From the NCBI RefSeq assembly GCF_964188315.1, contig NC_135657.1, positions 76,818,001 to 76,882,000 of the forward strand: a DNA stretch of 64,000 bases, in the 5' to 3' direction. Positions 1 to 12,290 of this stretch are shown here, one piece after another; within the stretch, counting starts at the first letter, position 1; every line of letters begins with the position of its first letter. The stretch is from Podarcis muralis (taxonomy: Eukaryota). Made by a program: the position numbers and the translations under genes. The notes under the pieces are model-generated. The model was not told the DNA's origin. It saw only the letters and a list, made by a program, of their open reading frames with translations, and did not search any database.

Positions 1-1078
1 CAAAACTGCCGGGTGGGTGATAATGCAGAACAGGGCATCTTTCTCTCCCCCCTCCCTCTCCATCACCTCCTCTCTGTTATTTGAGCAGCTGTCAAGAAGG
101 TGGCTTGTGGGTTTGCAGGTATATATTTTGAGGCCAGCAGATTGGAAGCTCACACATGAGAACGAAGGGAAAGGAAAGGCTTAGGATGTCAAAATATATT
201 TCCCTCCTGGCATGGAGAATCATCTCCCAGCGATTTGGTCAAAAGCACCTAATTGCTTCAAACAAGTCCATTAGTGTTGCCTCCTGGACCATCTGGAGTC
301 TAAAATTGCTTTGTTTAAGAAAAAAAATCATCTTGCCTGCACCTGTACTTACTATGAAATATGTTCTCATTTGTATTTAGCCAGGTGCCGGTTTGGAGTG
401 TGGAAGTAGGGACTGGTAAGAAATAATTGTTTCTTCTTATATACAAGTGAGAGGACATAAATATAAAGTGAAGACACTTTTTGTGTCTCATTGGCATGAC
501 ATTTGACTCATTTGGAGATGAGGACTTGGTTTGGGGGTATGGACTTTTCTGTAGGAATCCTGACTATTGAGGTAAATGAAAAACAGTGAGTAAGGTTTTG
601 CACTGTGTGATGTGAGCTCTGTTCAAATTATTTAGTCTATCATTTCAATCCACAGGACCCTGAATTGTCATTGTGTGTCAACTAGGGAGAGGACAGCAGA
701 TGCAAGATGCACAGGTTTTTTTATTCTATCAGAAACCAGACGTTTTGGCAAGCCTTGGCAGGAACAAACGGTTGGATAGATATTCCATCTCATGTGGTGG
801 CATTGGAGAGAGATATATCTGCCAGCTCAACTTCTGGTTGGGAAGATGATGTTACAGGATGCTTTATCTTGCCATCCCCTGGGAATGTCATTTCCCGTCT
901 CTCTCAAATCCTATGACTTTCAAAGTCCTTTCTCTAGTAGCGACTCACCACAGCTGGGAGCCAATTCAGATGTAGAATTACTGGCAATAATGTGGGATGG
1001 CCTTTCATTGGGAAGCAGTGATATTATCCATTAGTTAATCAACTGCAGTAAATGAGATTCTATCTGCAGATACCATTT

Positions 1079-1143
1079 GTTGTTGTTGTTTAGTTGTTTA
1101 GTCGTGTCCGACTCTTCGTGACCCCATGGACCAGAGCACGCCA
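1079..1143 (-). mobile_element. Bov-B (RTE) LINE, extreme 3' stub
   Basis: gttgttgttgtttagttgtttagtcgtgtccgactcttcgtgaccccatggaccagagcacgcca is the reverse complement of the 3' end and (CAA)n tail of the Bov-B copy at 58396-58836. Confidence 0.9.
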
Positions 1144-1608
1144 TGAATTAATTAATAAACATCAGTGATAACATTCAATTCTCATGAGTAGGTGTTGCAT
1201 TCAGGCAAATGTACCCTTTCAAGCTATTGTTCAGTTTGCATGATACCACACATGTGATAATTCCTATTTACAGTGACATAAGCATACAGTGAAAAGCCCT
1301 AGAAGACAGTTGTTTCATCGTTATTGTGAAGTCAATAAAGGGGTTCCTCATTTGAAAGACCATGGAGAAAACTCTTCTATCAACAAGCTAGGTATTTTCT
1401 CTCCTACAAGTTAATCTTTGGAATGAAGGACTGCTTTGAAATTCTGAAAAATCATTTCTCTAATCAGGCCAGGCACATTCAAAACCAGTGAACAGCATAG
1501 CAGTTTAAACTGAGAGACCATCCAGGGGCTTCCTTTCAGGAAACCCTTCATTCTCAGAAAATCATTCTCAGTGTGGCAAAATCACAGTGTATTCTGGCTC
1601 CTTCCCAG

Positions 1609-1840
1609 CAGTGGCTCCTTCCCAGCAACATGCTGCAGCCCCCGGAGTGGAAAACAGGTGGGGGCGTGGTTGGCGTGTCGCCCACGGGTGCGTGGCATGC
1701 GTCCCGAGGTTGCACAGCATGCAGCATGCTTCCCAGGAGGGCGTGGCATGCATCCTGGGAGGGAGTGGCCACGATGGCACCCTTTCCCCAAATGGTACCT
1801 GGTGCAGCACAACCCCCCCACCCACCTTCGTATGCCAGTG
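1609..1840. mobile_element. GC-rich non-autonomous DNA transposon (hAT-like MITE)
   Basis: Ends CAGTGGC...GCCAGTG; cttcccag flanks both sides (1601-1608, 1841-1848); internal ggcgtggcatgc repeats; GC/CpG far above background. The left end is uncertain. Confidence 0.6.
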
Positions 1841-1845
1841 CTTCC

Positions 1846-2264
1846 CAGAGGCATCAGCTTGGACCCCAGATCATGGGTACATAGTGCAGCATGCTGCAAT
1901 GTGAGGAGATGATATCACAGTGCAGTGTGACATGATGATGTCACAGTGCAGCACGACATGATTACCTGATGATGTTACACCATAGTGCAATGTGATGACA
2001 CCATGCCATGATACACAATGATGATGCTCTCCCCTGCCGCTTCTGGGCTTCCGGGCAGGGGCAGGGGACCATGGGTGCATGTCCATGGCCACAGCGAGTC
2101 ACAATGGAAACCCCACAGTGGAGGCCCCAGCTCAGTCACTGCCATGGCACCAGACAGCCAGAGGTTGGGCAACGGGCAGCGGGCAATGGACGGAGGCCAG
2201 GCTCCCACAGTTACAATTTTGTACATGCCCAGGCACCCAGGGCCCACTGCAGTTGGCGCCAGTG
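1846..2264. mobile_element. GC-rich non-autonomous DNA transposon with internal 26-bp tandem repeats
   Basis: Degenerate TIRs cagaggcatcagct / agttggcgccagtg; units gatgatatcacagtgcagtgtgacat (1908-1933) and gatgatgtcacagtgcagcacgacat (1934-1959). Confidence 0.55.
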
Positions 2265-3363
2265 CCCCTTCATGTGTTCTGCAAGTTCTGACATAAAGCT
2301 TGAATAATATTATTACTCTGGTTATTTTATACAGAATTTTAAACACCAGTTTTTCCTGGCCACATGCATACAATAAGCTCAGAGAGGTGTTAAAAAATTC
2401 AGCTGCAAAGTAAGCATAAGCAGGAAATCAGAAATAGACTTGTTTAGGCGCATTTTGCACAAACACTTCAGAGTGTTCTACCTGAAATAAAATCGGACTT
2501 TAGAAAGACAAGTGAACATGCTTTGAATTAATACTTCTGGCATGGATTTTTAAGTCTTTAAAAACACACATTTAGGAAGTTCAAGCAGTAGCATAAAAAA
2601 AGTGTTTGTCCGGGTTCTAGTAAGGATAAACCCTCAGTGGAGTCTGAAGGAAACAAGTCAGATAGGAGTCTGAAGCAAATAGCTGAATTAGTGCTAAATA
2701 GGAAGCTGTCTTCTACTAAGTTAGACCACTGGTCCAATTATGTAAGGATTGTCCACACTGACTGCCAGTCAGTCAACAACAGTGATAACCTGCAGCAGGA
2801 TTGTTTTAATTGTATTTTAATTCGAATCCCCATGAATATTCATACGCCTAGACAAGACTTAACTCCTTGGCACACAGCTTTTAAAAGAAAACCCTCCTGT
2901 AGAATTATGTGGATTCCCTCCTCTGCTCCAACCTGCATTTTCCTGGCTTTGTTAGCTCAGGGAAAGAAATTTAACTTGATGCTACATTTCCTCCCAAAGG
3001 AGGCAGAGGTATTTGTTTTCCCTGGTACCTGGCTGCCTGAGACAGCAATACCTCAGGTTGCGAGACAGTCTGTGCTGATGGTCCCAACTAATCATAGTTA
3101 TGTCCAGCAATAACCAGACTATAAAATTGTGTTTAATGTCCCCTGCTGTTGTTTCTAAGCAGCAGCTTCAATTTTGCCGTAGCACTGTGGACCGCTTTCT
3201 CTAAAAGGTAAAATGAGTTTAGCAGTTTGACTTCAGCTTTGGAAATACTTTTCTGACAAATTGCTGGAAGTATTCCGAAGAAACAAATGTATTGTGTCAG
3301 ATGCCTTGATCAGTTGTGTTGACAGACTGAATCCTGTCAAATCCATGATTACCACATTGCCCC

Positions 3364-4005
3364 CATAAGAACATAACAGGAGCTCTGCGCTGACAGACCA
3401 AAGGCCCATCTACTCCACCATTATGTTCTCACAGTGGCTAATGAGGTGCCTTTGGGAAGCCCATAAGCAGGACAGGAGATCAATGGCCTTCTCCCACTTG
3501 TGATTCCCAGAAATTAGAATTCAGAGGCTTACCATACTGACGGTAGCACTAATAGCCATTGATAAGATTTATCCTTCATGAATTTGTCTAATTCCTTTTT
3601 GAAGCCATCCAAGTTGGTGACCATCACCACAACTTGTGGAAACAGAGGCGGATTCAGGGGAGCGTGATCAGATTGAGAGTCTCAAAGATGCCACAGGCAG
3701 CACCACAACTATGACGTAGAATGGAAGGTGGGAGGTGGGGGCACCGAATTTTGGTGTGTCACAAGGTGTGACTGAAATTTGAGACCCCTAGGACCTCTAC
3801 TGATGGCAGTGTATTCCGTAGTTTTAAAAAACACAGTCTGTGTTGCCTCTTCCAACCTTCAGCTTCATTGGAATGAACCTGGTTTCTAATATTACGAAAG
3901 GGGGAGGAAACCTTTCTCAGTCCACATTTTCTATACCATGAATAATTTTAAGCACCTCCATCGTGTCTCCCCTACTCATCCTTTTTCTAACCTGAAAAGG
4001 TCCAC
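3364..4005 (-). mobile_element. CR1 LINE 3' fragment, interrupted by a MITE
   Basis: Begins cataagaacataa...gaccaaaggcccatcta (reverse CR1 tail); continues gaagccatccaagttggtgaccatcaccacaacttgtgg and resumes at ggcagtgtattcc. Confidence 0.85.
3643..3802. mobile_element. Short MITE nested in CR1
   Basis: TIR-like ends cagaggcggattcagggg / cccctaggacctctactg split the CR1 motif ttgtggcagtg. Confidence 0.6.
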
Positions 4006-4713
4006 GTCATTCAGTCCTTCTGATGCTGAAGTCCATCTTCATAAGAGGCTTAAGGAGAAATACACTGGCACTGAATCCACTTTAGGATAATGCTTGTATA
4101 TTGATTACATACTTTTTCATACTCCTTAAATAAAATTAAAGCCTTTTCATCATGGTGAATTATGACCCCCGCACTCCAAGTGTGATTAGGTTTGAAATTA
4201 CTATCAGTTGCTCCTCAAATTTGTCTGCAAGAATTCTGTCGACTTCTCATGTTACGTTTCAAAGGCCTTAATGCCCTTTTATGTGTCAACACAGATAAGC
4301 AGAAATTCACCGGGGAAATGAATGCACATTTCTTCCCACTTCTGGCTGGCAACATTTCGACTTGGTAGGGCTGCAAAGTTTAACCTTGCTGTTTTCATCA
4401 CAAGTACAACACTTATTTAAGAAAGTGTGCCATTACACACATACAGAGTGCCATTGTCTCCTCATGAAAAAACACATCTATGGAAAGAATAAGATTTAAA
4501 GAAAAAAATAATAATTAAGCCATACCAATGGAAACTGCTCTGAATATCCTCCAGAATAGATGTATTGATACCAAAAGGATACCAGAAGCTGGTATACCAC
4601 CAATGGCTATATCCTCTGGTTGGATTGACCTCATGATAACAGGAGGGAGTAGGAATCTGGACAACTGAGGCTAAGTAGCTAGCAGTCCAACAATATAAAA
4701 TTTTCACTTCTGT

Positions 4714-4734
4714 TTGTTGTTGTTGTTGTTGTTG
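4714..4734. repeat. (TTG)7 microsatellite
   Basis: Direct reading. Confidence 0.9.
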
Positions 4735-7295
4735 GCCTGGAGACGCATGGAGGGGACCTCTTTGCCATAGCAATACTTTTGGATTGGGATTGGTTGAGTA
4801 GTACAGAGAGATGACTGGACGGAGAACAGAAAATTGACCCAACTGTCTCCATGAGCCTCTCTAACTTCAAATTTAGATTGAACTTGAGAGTCATTCTTTC
4901 CTAATTGTCCTTATTCTTTGAACCAAATCCCTAAACTGTTTTCTTTAAATGGTGTGTGTACCTGTGTGTCTGTGCGTGTATGTGAGAGAGAGAGGATTCA
5001 GGAACACTATGGAGTGGTTTGTAAGAATGTGTTTTCAGGTGAGGGAAAATAGGGGCCTGTAATATCAAAGCCTATACGTTTACAATTTTTGTAGGATAAT
5101 TAATGCATGTTTTGTGTGTGCAAGCATATGGATGTGCTCACATCTGTGAATAATATATAGGTAGATGCAAAGTTTGTGAGCATTTACAGGCACTCCCCCC
5201 CACCACTTATGCACATCCCACTTGCGTGCAACCATGTTTACATGGGTCACTGCAACAATCTAAATAAAATAACCACCAAAAATATATACAAAATAGCAAA
5301 GTCACAAAGTAGCTGATAGTGGTCTTCCTACATGATGAATCAAGCAAAATCTGATGGTGGTTGACTACCCATTCAGTGTCTTTCATTTCAGTCATTATCC
5401 TCCCTTTGGTATGGCAGGGAAAACAAGCAAAGCACCATGCTTAATTCATTAATCCACTAGTGGTCACCCCTCCTCTTATCCTACTACAGGACCTTGACAA
5501 TCCAGTTTCACAACACAGGAGCCCCAAAATGTCACTATCAAGTCTCAGGTGCTGTATTTAATGGAAATAAACTGAATAATTTAATGACCAGCTAATGTAG
5601 TGACTTAACCGGGTCTATTATTGTTCACATTTACAATGCTCTTCCAGGATGTGGAAATGAAAACTGATATCTTGTAAGCTACAGAGCTTTAGGGACCTAA
5701 ACAAATGTATATTCCCGGAACCTTTGTCCACAGAGTATGATTTACAAGCAAGTGGATAAAGATGGCCAACAGCTGCTGCTAAATTACAGACTTAATGAGA
5801 CTTCATGAGTGTTTTGATATGTGATTACATATCATTCCCATAAATTAGGCATGTGTTTGACCAAGGCATCACTTATGCAAGCCCAGGAATGAAGGATAAA
5901 GAATTCCAGGGTTTAAGGTTGGTCTTGATCAACAAATTTTAGGAATACAGTGACAGATTTTAATTTCAGTATCCATACAAATGCACACCATTCATCAAGT
6001 ATTAGCAGAAGTTTGAACTAGCTACATGCTGAATCATCAACACACTTATTTCCAACTCTTTGGTCTCAAAAAACTGCAGTTGAAATTTGCCAGGACATTT
6101 TCCTAAGAAATTTGCCAGGGCCTTTTTCTCTTCCTATCTTTCTCTCATACCCTTGAACAGGAAGAATTTCCTCCTAATATTCCCCTTCTGCTTCTTTTTC
6201 TTTTTTGTAGTAGCCACCATTTCCTTTACACGATGCCTCAGAATGATGCTAGGATGATGGAAGATACAAAATGGTGGCTAGGCCTGCCCACACAGTTGTT
6301 GATGCTGCAGGGCAGCAGCAGCCACAATGGCAAAAAACAACAATAACTGAGCAGGCTGTGGCACTGAAGTCCTTCTGAACGTGGTCCAAAGTATACTGTT
6401 TCAAAAACACCATAATAGGGCACCAAGTGATCCATGAGATTGACTGCGGGGTGGGCTTGGGGAGTTTGTAATTGTGCACAGTTGTAGCACAATGTGGAGC
6501 AACCATGCTGCTTTAGTATAGTGAAATGGGTGGATGTTTCACCAAGGACCCACATTAAGTATTAACATCTCTGTCTTTCATCCCTACACTGAACAGAGCA
6601 GCTGCAATATAATAGAGACAAGGCAAAGAACAGCTGATCAAATGTAGGGTCTGTGTTAAAATGAGATCCCCCCCCCCCCACTGTTCAACTATTTATGCTG
6701 TGACGGAAGCACTTATAGCCCAAACTAGCCCAAAATTGGTACATAATAAGTGTAATGAAATGCAACAGTCCCTTCTACTCTGATCTTGTCGACGAAGCCA
6801 ATCGGTTTTATATCCACCAGCTGAGTTGAATGCAAAGGCATTTACAGCCATAATTTCTTCCTACGTACTGTACAATGGAACGTCATTTAGAAACCCAATA
6901 GCCAGGAAAACACACCAGAGGAACTTAATAGGGAAAGCCGTTTGCACTATAACTATTGCACTATACCTTACCGAAAGATAATTAAGCTGAAACCACCAGC
7001 TTCTTAACACAATATAAAGAACATTGAGTGGGCTATGAGCCACAGTGGGTTGGAGGTTTTTTTTTAAGAAAAAAGAAGAAAACATCACTGCTGCTGTTTC
7101 CTTCAGTATAAGCATTAAGTGAAGATGACTTGCTGAAAGCATTACCTTAGAAGAATGCTTGAAAATGTTTGTTTCCGTTGTTTCAAGATGGGTTTTTTTT
7201 TAAGCAGCTGACTAAGGAATGTGTTAGATCAGAACAGCCACTTAAAATGGTGACTCACACCTCCACTTTAAGAAACAAATATCTACTTTGTATTT

Positions 7296-7345
7296 TGCGT
7301 GTGTGTGCACGCACATACGCACACACACACACACACACACACACA
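7296..7345. repeat. Compound (GT)n-core-(CA)n alternating purine-pyrimidine tract
   Basis: tgcgtgtgtgtgcacgcacatacgcacacacacacacacacacacacaca. Confidence 0.9.
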
Positions 7346-9334
7346 GTCTTGAATAATGGTGTCGAAAGCCAGTCATGCAGTATTGAAGATAATGATGTGC
7401 ATGTATTCTGCCCTCACAATGCCAGGGGGAAAAATGGCAGCAGGAAACAGTGTGGCAGTGTTATCCTTATGAGTCTGCCAATGAGTGGGTGGGCAGTGGC
7501 TATGGCTTGCTTCCCTTCAGTTAGGAGCTCAAAGGGGAACTCAAATTTGCTTGGAAGGACCCAATTCCATCACATCACTCCACCCCACCCACATAAAGGA
7601 CAATGTCCTCTTGCTCACCATCTTTACAAAAGTTCCAGCAGGCAATAGGGATTGCCATGGATCAAGCACAGCTCTGTGACTCAGGTTCAGCGAGGAGGTG
7701 GGTAGGAGATAGATGGAACTGGTGAAGGAAGGCAGGGAAGGAAATGTTTCAAGGGTAATATCTGGGGGAATGAAGGTGAGTGGAATGAGATTATAGATGA
7801 GAGGCAGGAAAAGGGAAACAAACAGGAGCAGATAGAGAAAAGGCAATGGGAGAAGAGCAAGGGTCTTTGCTTCCCCAATTTGCTCCTTATTCCCATACCA
7901 TCTGAGCTCAGTTTCACCACCTCCTAAAAGTACTATTTAAAAAAAGGAAATTAGCTGTGTATGTTGGATTTTGGGGTGGTGGTATTTCCCCTCCTATAGC
8001 ATGCAACACACCACAGTACAGGGAGTTTTCTTGTTTGTTGGACCCCATTTGCATTATATCCAGGCATGCACACAGGCAAAGAAATCATTAAGCATTACTG
8101 GAAATGAGAAAAAGGCATTTCCCTGTATTGATTATGTAATTCATCTTATAAGGTGGGGGAAAGGAAAGTTGCAGGGCATCATATGTGATTTAAGTAGCTC
8201 GAAAGGTTAGACAAATCATGAGCAGGAATTCATTAACTTCTTTGAACAATGAGTGTTCCAAGCAAGAAAATCAAAGGAGATATTAGACACAAAGAAACTA
8301 TTTGCCTTGGCAGTGCAAGTAAAGCGACAAAGATAATTCTCAAAGCCAATGGTAATGATGCTTTCTTCGGAAATGAACTGGATGCTATCTTCAACAGAAG
8401 GTGCACAGTGCTGATTTCTTCTTTAGTTAAAAGAGGAGGGGGAGGAGAACAAATGTTAGCAAAAAAACCCAACAACAACTACCCAAATACATTTTTAGCA
8501 TCATTCCAGGCTCTGGAGATATGTATTAAAGTTCTGTTTAAGTTTAGGCAGTACACAAAAGGGGTTTGGGGGGACTTAGTGAAAGACGAACAGCCAGTGT
8601 TACAGTTGAAACTAATTAAGATAAAGATGGTCTGAAATAGGTCTTATAAATATTCTTTTGGCCTTTGATATGCCAGTGGCTGGGACAAAATATGTCACTT
8701 TCTGGCATTGCTTTAATTGAAATATTTGGCCATTACCCACAAAGAAATGAAAGAGCCTCAGAAATGCAAGGGTCTCGATTCCAACACATACCCAGCATAC
8801 CTTTTTATTTTATTTTATTTTATTGAGTGTTAAGCAGATTCACTCCTTAGCTGTGGCACTTCTTTGGATGATGATGACATCAAAGTGTGACAGACAGTGA
8901 TTATGTTCTGCAGGGGGAGAAGGAGGATAAAAACAGACAATTAATTCCCATTGCTTAAAGGGACATTATCTTGGGATTGTGTTTTTTTTAAAAAACAATA
9001 ATATTCTGAATCCTTTAAAAAAAAATGAAGAAGAAGTAATTTATCTGTCCTGCCTTGTTTCAAGATTTTAAGCTTCTTTCTTCTGGAAATGACTTTTAAT
9101 TTGTCTTTTGATTTCAGGTTTTTTTTATGTAATGAATTTTGTTTTTCTCTTTCAGAACTTTACTTAAATCAGCCCCTTGAATATTTTTCATTCAGGGATT
9201 TCAGCACTTTGTGCCTTTCTGCATATCTATCACTTGGTTTCCTTTTACTTTGTGTACAATTCTGTCCTCCTTCATATGATCTTTCTAGAAGAAATCTATA
9301 GCCATTTTATTAAAAGAAATCACATATTATTTTA

Positions 9335-10600
9335 TTAATTTAAAACATTTCTTTTCTGCTCTTCATTGCAAAATGCATTTCCTGAGAAATGAACATCAAA
9401 TCTGGATATATAATACAAGTAGCAAAAACAAGGCAGGTAATCACTACCAGTCAACTAAATGAACATTGACACTGGCACACTAAATTCTGCCCAAAGCCTA
9501 TGCAAATAACTTTGTCTTCAGCTGGTTTCAAAGGGTTAAAAGTGTAGGTGCCAGCCATTATTTCAAAGGACAAGCAGTTCCAGAGTTCGGGTGCCACCAC
9601 TGAGAAGGCTATCCTTCACATTAATGTATTGTCAGTCTTGGCAGAGCTATAAAAAACGGACAATCTTTTGTTTTGTTTTGTTTTTAAGGCATACTCTCTG
9701 GTATCCAAGCTCAAAACCTTTTAGACCTTTCTACGTCAACACAAATACCATGAACCAGGCTCAGTAACATATACACAGCCACTGCAGTTCTTTCAAAATT
9801 GGTGTAATATGTTCATGGCTGACACCCCTCAGAGAAACCTAGCTAGCTGCCACATTCTGCACTAGTTGTAGCTTCCAAGCTGACTTCAAGGGCAACCCCA
9901 TGCAGAATGGATTACAATAGTCCAGCCTTGAGGTTAAAGGTAAAGGTACCCCTGCCCGACAGGGCCAGTCGTGACCGACTCTAGGGTTGCGCGCTCATCT
10001 CGCTCTAGAGGCCGTGAGCCGGCACCGTCCGAGGACACTTCCGGGTCATGTGGCCAGCGTGACGAAGCTGCAGCTGGCGATCCAGCACCAGCGCCGCACA
10101 CGGAAATGCCGTTTACCTTCCCGCTATAAAGTGGTCCCTATTTATCTACTTGCACCCGAGGGTGCTTTCGAACTGCTAGGTGGGCAGGAGCTGGGACCGA
10201 ATGATGGGAGCTCACCCCGCCGCGGGGATTCAAACTGCCGACCATGCGATCGGCAAGTCCTAGGCACTGAGGTTTTACCCACAGCACCACCCTAGTCTTG
10301 AGGTTACCAATGAACAAATCACTGCATCAACATTCTCCCTGTCTGGGAACAGTTGTACCTGGCAAACCAGCTGGACTGTTTATAGGCTTTCCTTGCCATG
10401 GATGCCTCTTGAAACTCCAGTGACAATGCTGGCTCTATGAGCAGCCACATACTGTAGATGTTCCTTCAGAGGAAGTGCAAGCCCATTCACAACAGTTAAC
10501 CTTTCCATTCCTAGATCTGGGAAACCTCTTCCTTATCAGGATTCAGCTTCAACCTTTTGGCTCTCATCCAGCCAACTACTGAATCTAAGCACTAGTCCAA
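9335..10600 (-). mobile_element. L2 LINE ORF2 3' fragment, split by a Sauria SINE
   Basis: The minus strand near 9850-9936 reads [32 protein letters not shown], matching the L2 ORF2 motif SRLDYCN...LQLVQNAAAR. Boundaries approximate. Confidence 0.85.
9937..10291 (-). mobile_element. Sauria SINE, near full length
   Basis: (ACCTTT)n tail seen as aaggtaaaggtacc; Bov-B-like 3' part; tRNA-derived head with B-box gtttgaatcc on the minus strand; 15-bp TSD ccagccttgaggtta (9922-9936) / ctagtcttgaggtta (10292-10306). Confidence 0.95.
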
Positions 10601-11439
10601 GAAGAACATTTTATAAAGCGATAGATATAGTTAGTGACAATGGTTTCAGGCCAGAGTAATCCATCCACAAATAGAAAGATTCCTTATGTTTGTAAAAGCG
10701 TACTGCAATCTAGCAGAACCACCCACTCACAGAACAGGGAGAGGAATTGATTTCTTATTTTTCTTTCTGCCTTCAATCTGCCCTGTGCCATGTCTCACAC
10801 TGTTCCAGAGAATTCTTCCAATCCGCCAGGGGCAGGAAAAATCAAGACTCTTCGCTGAGTAGAACTCTACTCACAGAATCTCTGTATTCAATGCATAATG
10901 TACATCTAAGTAACAAATGAAATTCTGATTGAGGTTGTTGTGGCTCACAAAAATATTAAGACCAATTCTGTTTATCCAGTGTCTCACCAAGCTACCATCA
11001 CTTTTTATGAAATAGCAAATGCAATCTTACAATTAAACAATGCCAGATGTTAAATTGAAAACATTTATTTGGTTTTTAATCAGATAATACAGTCTCTTTG
11101 TCCCATAACAGGTACAACTTTAACTTGGGGAATTTCCTTGGAGGAACAGCCTTGTTCTGATGCCATTTACATGACTACTGAGTGCTAGACATCAAATATG
11201 TACAGTTTACAAACATGTAAACATATCTCTTTTTTTATCTTTGGGCCAAATTGAAAAGAGAGAAATAGGAAAACAATAAGCCTCCAATATTAAATTCTCT
11301 CTAATGGTAGAAAGAAGTGGGAAGATTTCTTTAAAAGAAAACCCAGAACTTTGCACAATTGTATCATAAGTAACTATTGTAGGCAACATGCAGGTTTTCA
11401 TCCATTATAGCCAAATGAATGGATGAAAAATGTGCTAAT

Positions 11440-11990
11440 TGTTTTCGGCAGTGTTTTTACAGATGTCTTTAACTAGAGCAATCTTTATATAGAAGAAAAA
11501 GAACCATCAACAGTAGCACCTGATATAGCTACCACAAGGGATTATTTTTATCATTTTTGTGTTGACGCTTTCATGTTTTTCAGAAAGACACAATCTTCAA
11601 AGAAGATTGGACTTAGGCAGGAAAGAGGATCTATTGATCATTGTCTTGTGCTTGATCATTTGATCCCTAAATATGCCTCTGGCTCTAAAAAGTTTTTATT
11701 CTCAGCTCTTGTTGACTTATCGCCGGCTTTTGATTCTGTATATCATGATCAGTTATGGGCAAAGTGGCAATCTAACATTGACAGGTGTCTCCTGATTCAT
11801 ATTAGGGGCTTGTACAAGACGGGTCCCAATACTCAACTTACAAAGGAGATTTCTGTTACAAGAGGTGTTTGCTAATTGTCTATTTGGTTTCTAGATAACA
11901 ACGCTATTGAGGCGCTCCTGGACAATACAAATTGGGCAGAGATAATCCTGGATGAAAGACAATTTTGTTATGAATGTAAGGAATCATGTA
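11440..11990 (+). mobile_element. Decayed non-LTR retrotransposon reverse transcriptase fragment (RTE-X-like, clade tentative)
   Basis: ORF 11573-11875 reads IGLRQERGSIDHCLVL...ALVDLSPAFDSV...LWAK...TRGVC, matching RT motifs GFRxxRSTxD, xDLxxAFDSV and GVxQG; stops present. Confidence 0.8.
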
Positions 11991-12059
11991 GCTGAAATCC
12001 AAATCACAGCGTTTCACATGCAGGAAAGGAGTCACTCATATATCCTCAGTGGTTCCAAC

Positions 12060-12290
12060 TAGAGATGTCCCATTTAGGCACACATTTTTCCCACTGTTTT
12101 TTCCATTCTATTTCATTTGCACACCAATCAGCTGCTTTAAAAAACTGCACTTATAAACCTATGCATGTTTGATATTTGCAAGTGTAATTCTTTAAATATA
12201 TGCATTTTCATGCACTATGATCCATTTTGTGCATTTTTGAGGCAAGAATCACATACAGTGCACACCAGTATGATATTCAATAGATTATTG
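12060..12290. mobile_element. Old AT-rich DNA-transposon-like remnant (TAGRGATG end)
   Basis: Starts tagagatg with tgcacatttt-type interior; similar pieces lie near 12700-12830, 42170-42360 and ending catcccta at 52311. Confidence 0.35.

Noticed and set aside
1554-2373. Cluster of many overlapping 70-130 aa ORFs on both strands
   Set aside because: A by-product of two GC-rich MITEs (few stop codons); no protein motifs.
2637-3113. 158-aa ORF
   Set aside because: Starts at GTG, has no recognisable domain or splice context, and its length is near the chance maximum for six frames of 64 kb.
4462-4894. Minus ORFs with polyQ/polyT and a double CCAAT motif; checked as a possible endogenous viral element or promoter
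   Set aside because: The homopolymers come from the (TTG)n repeat, no frame resembled a viral protein I know, and there is no TATA or CpG support.
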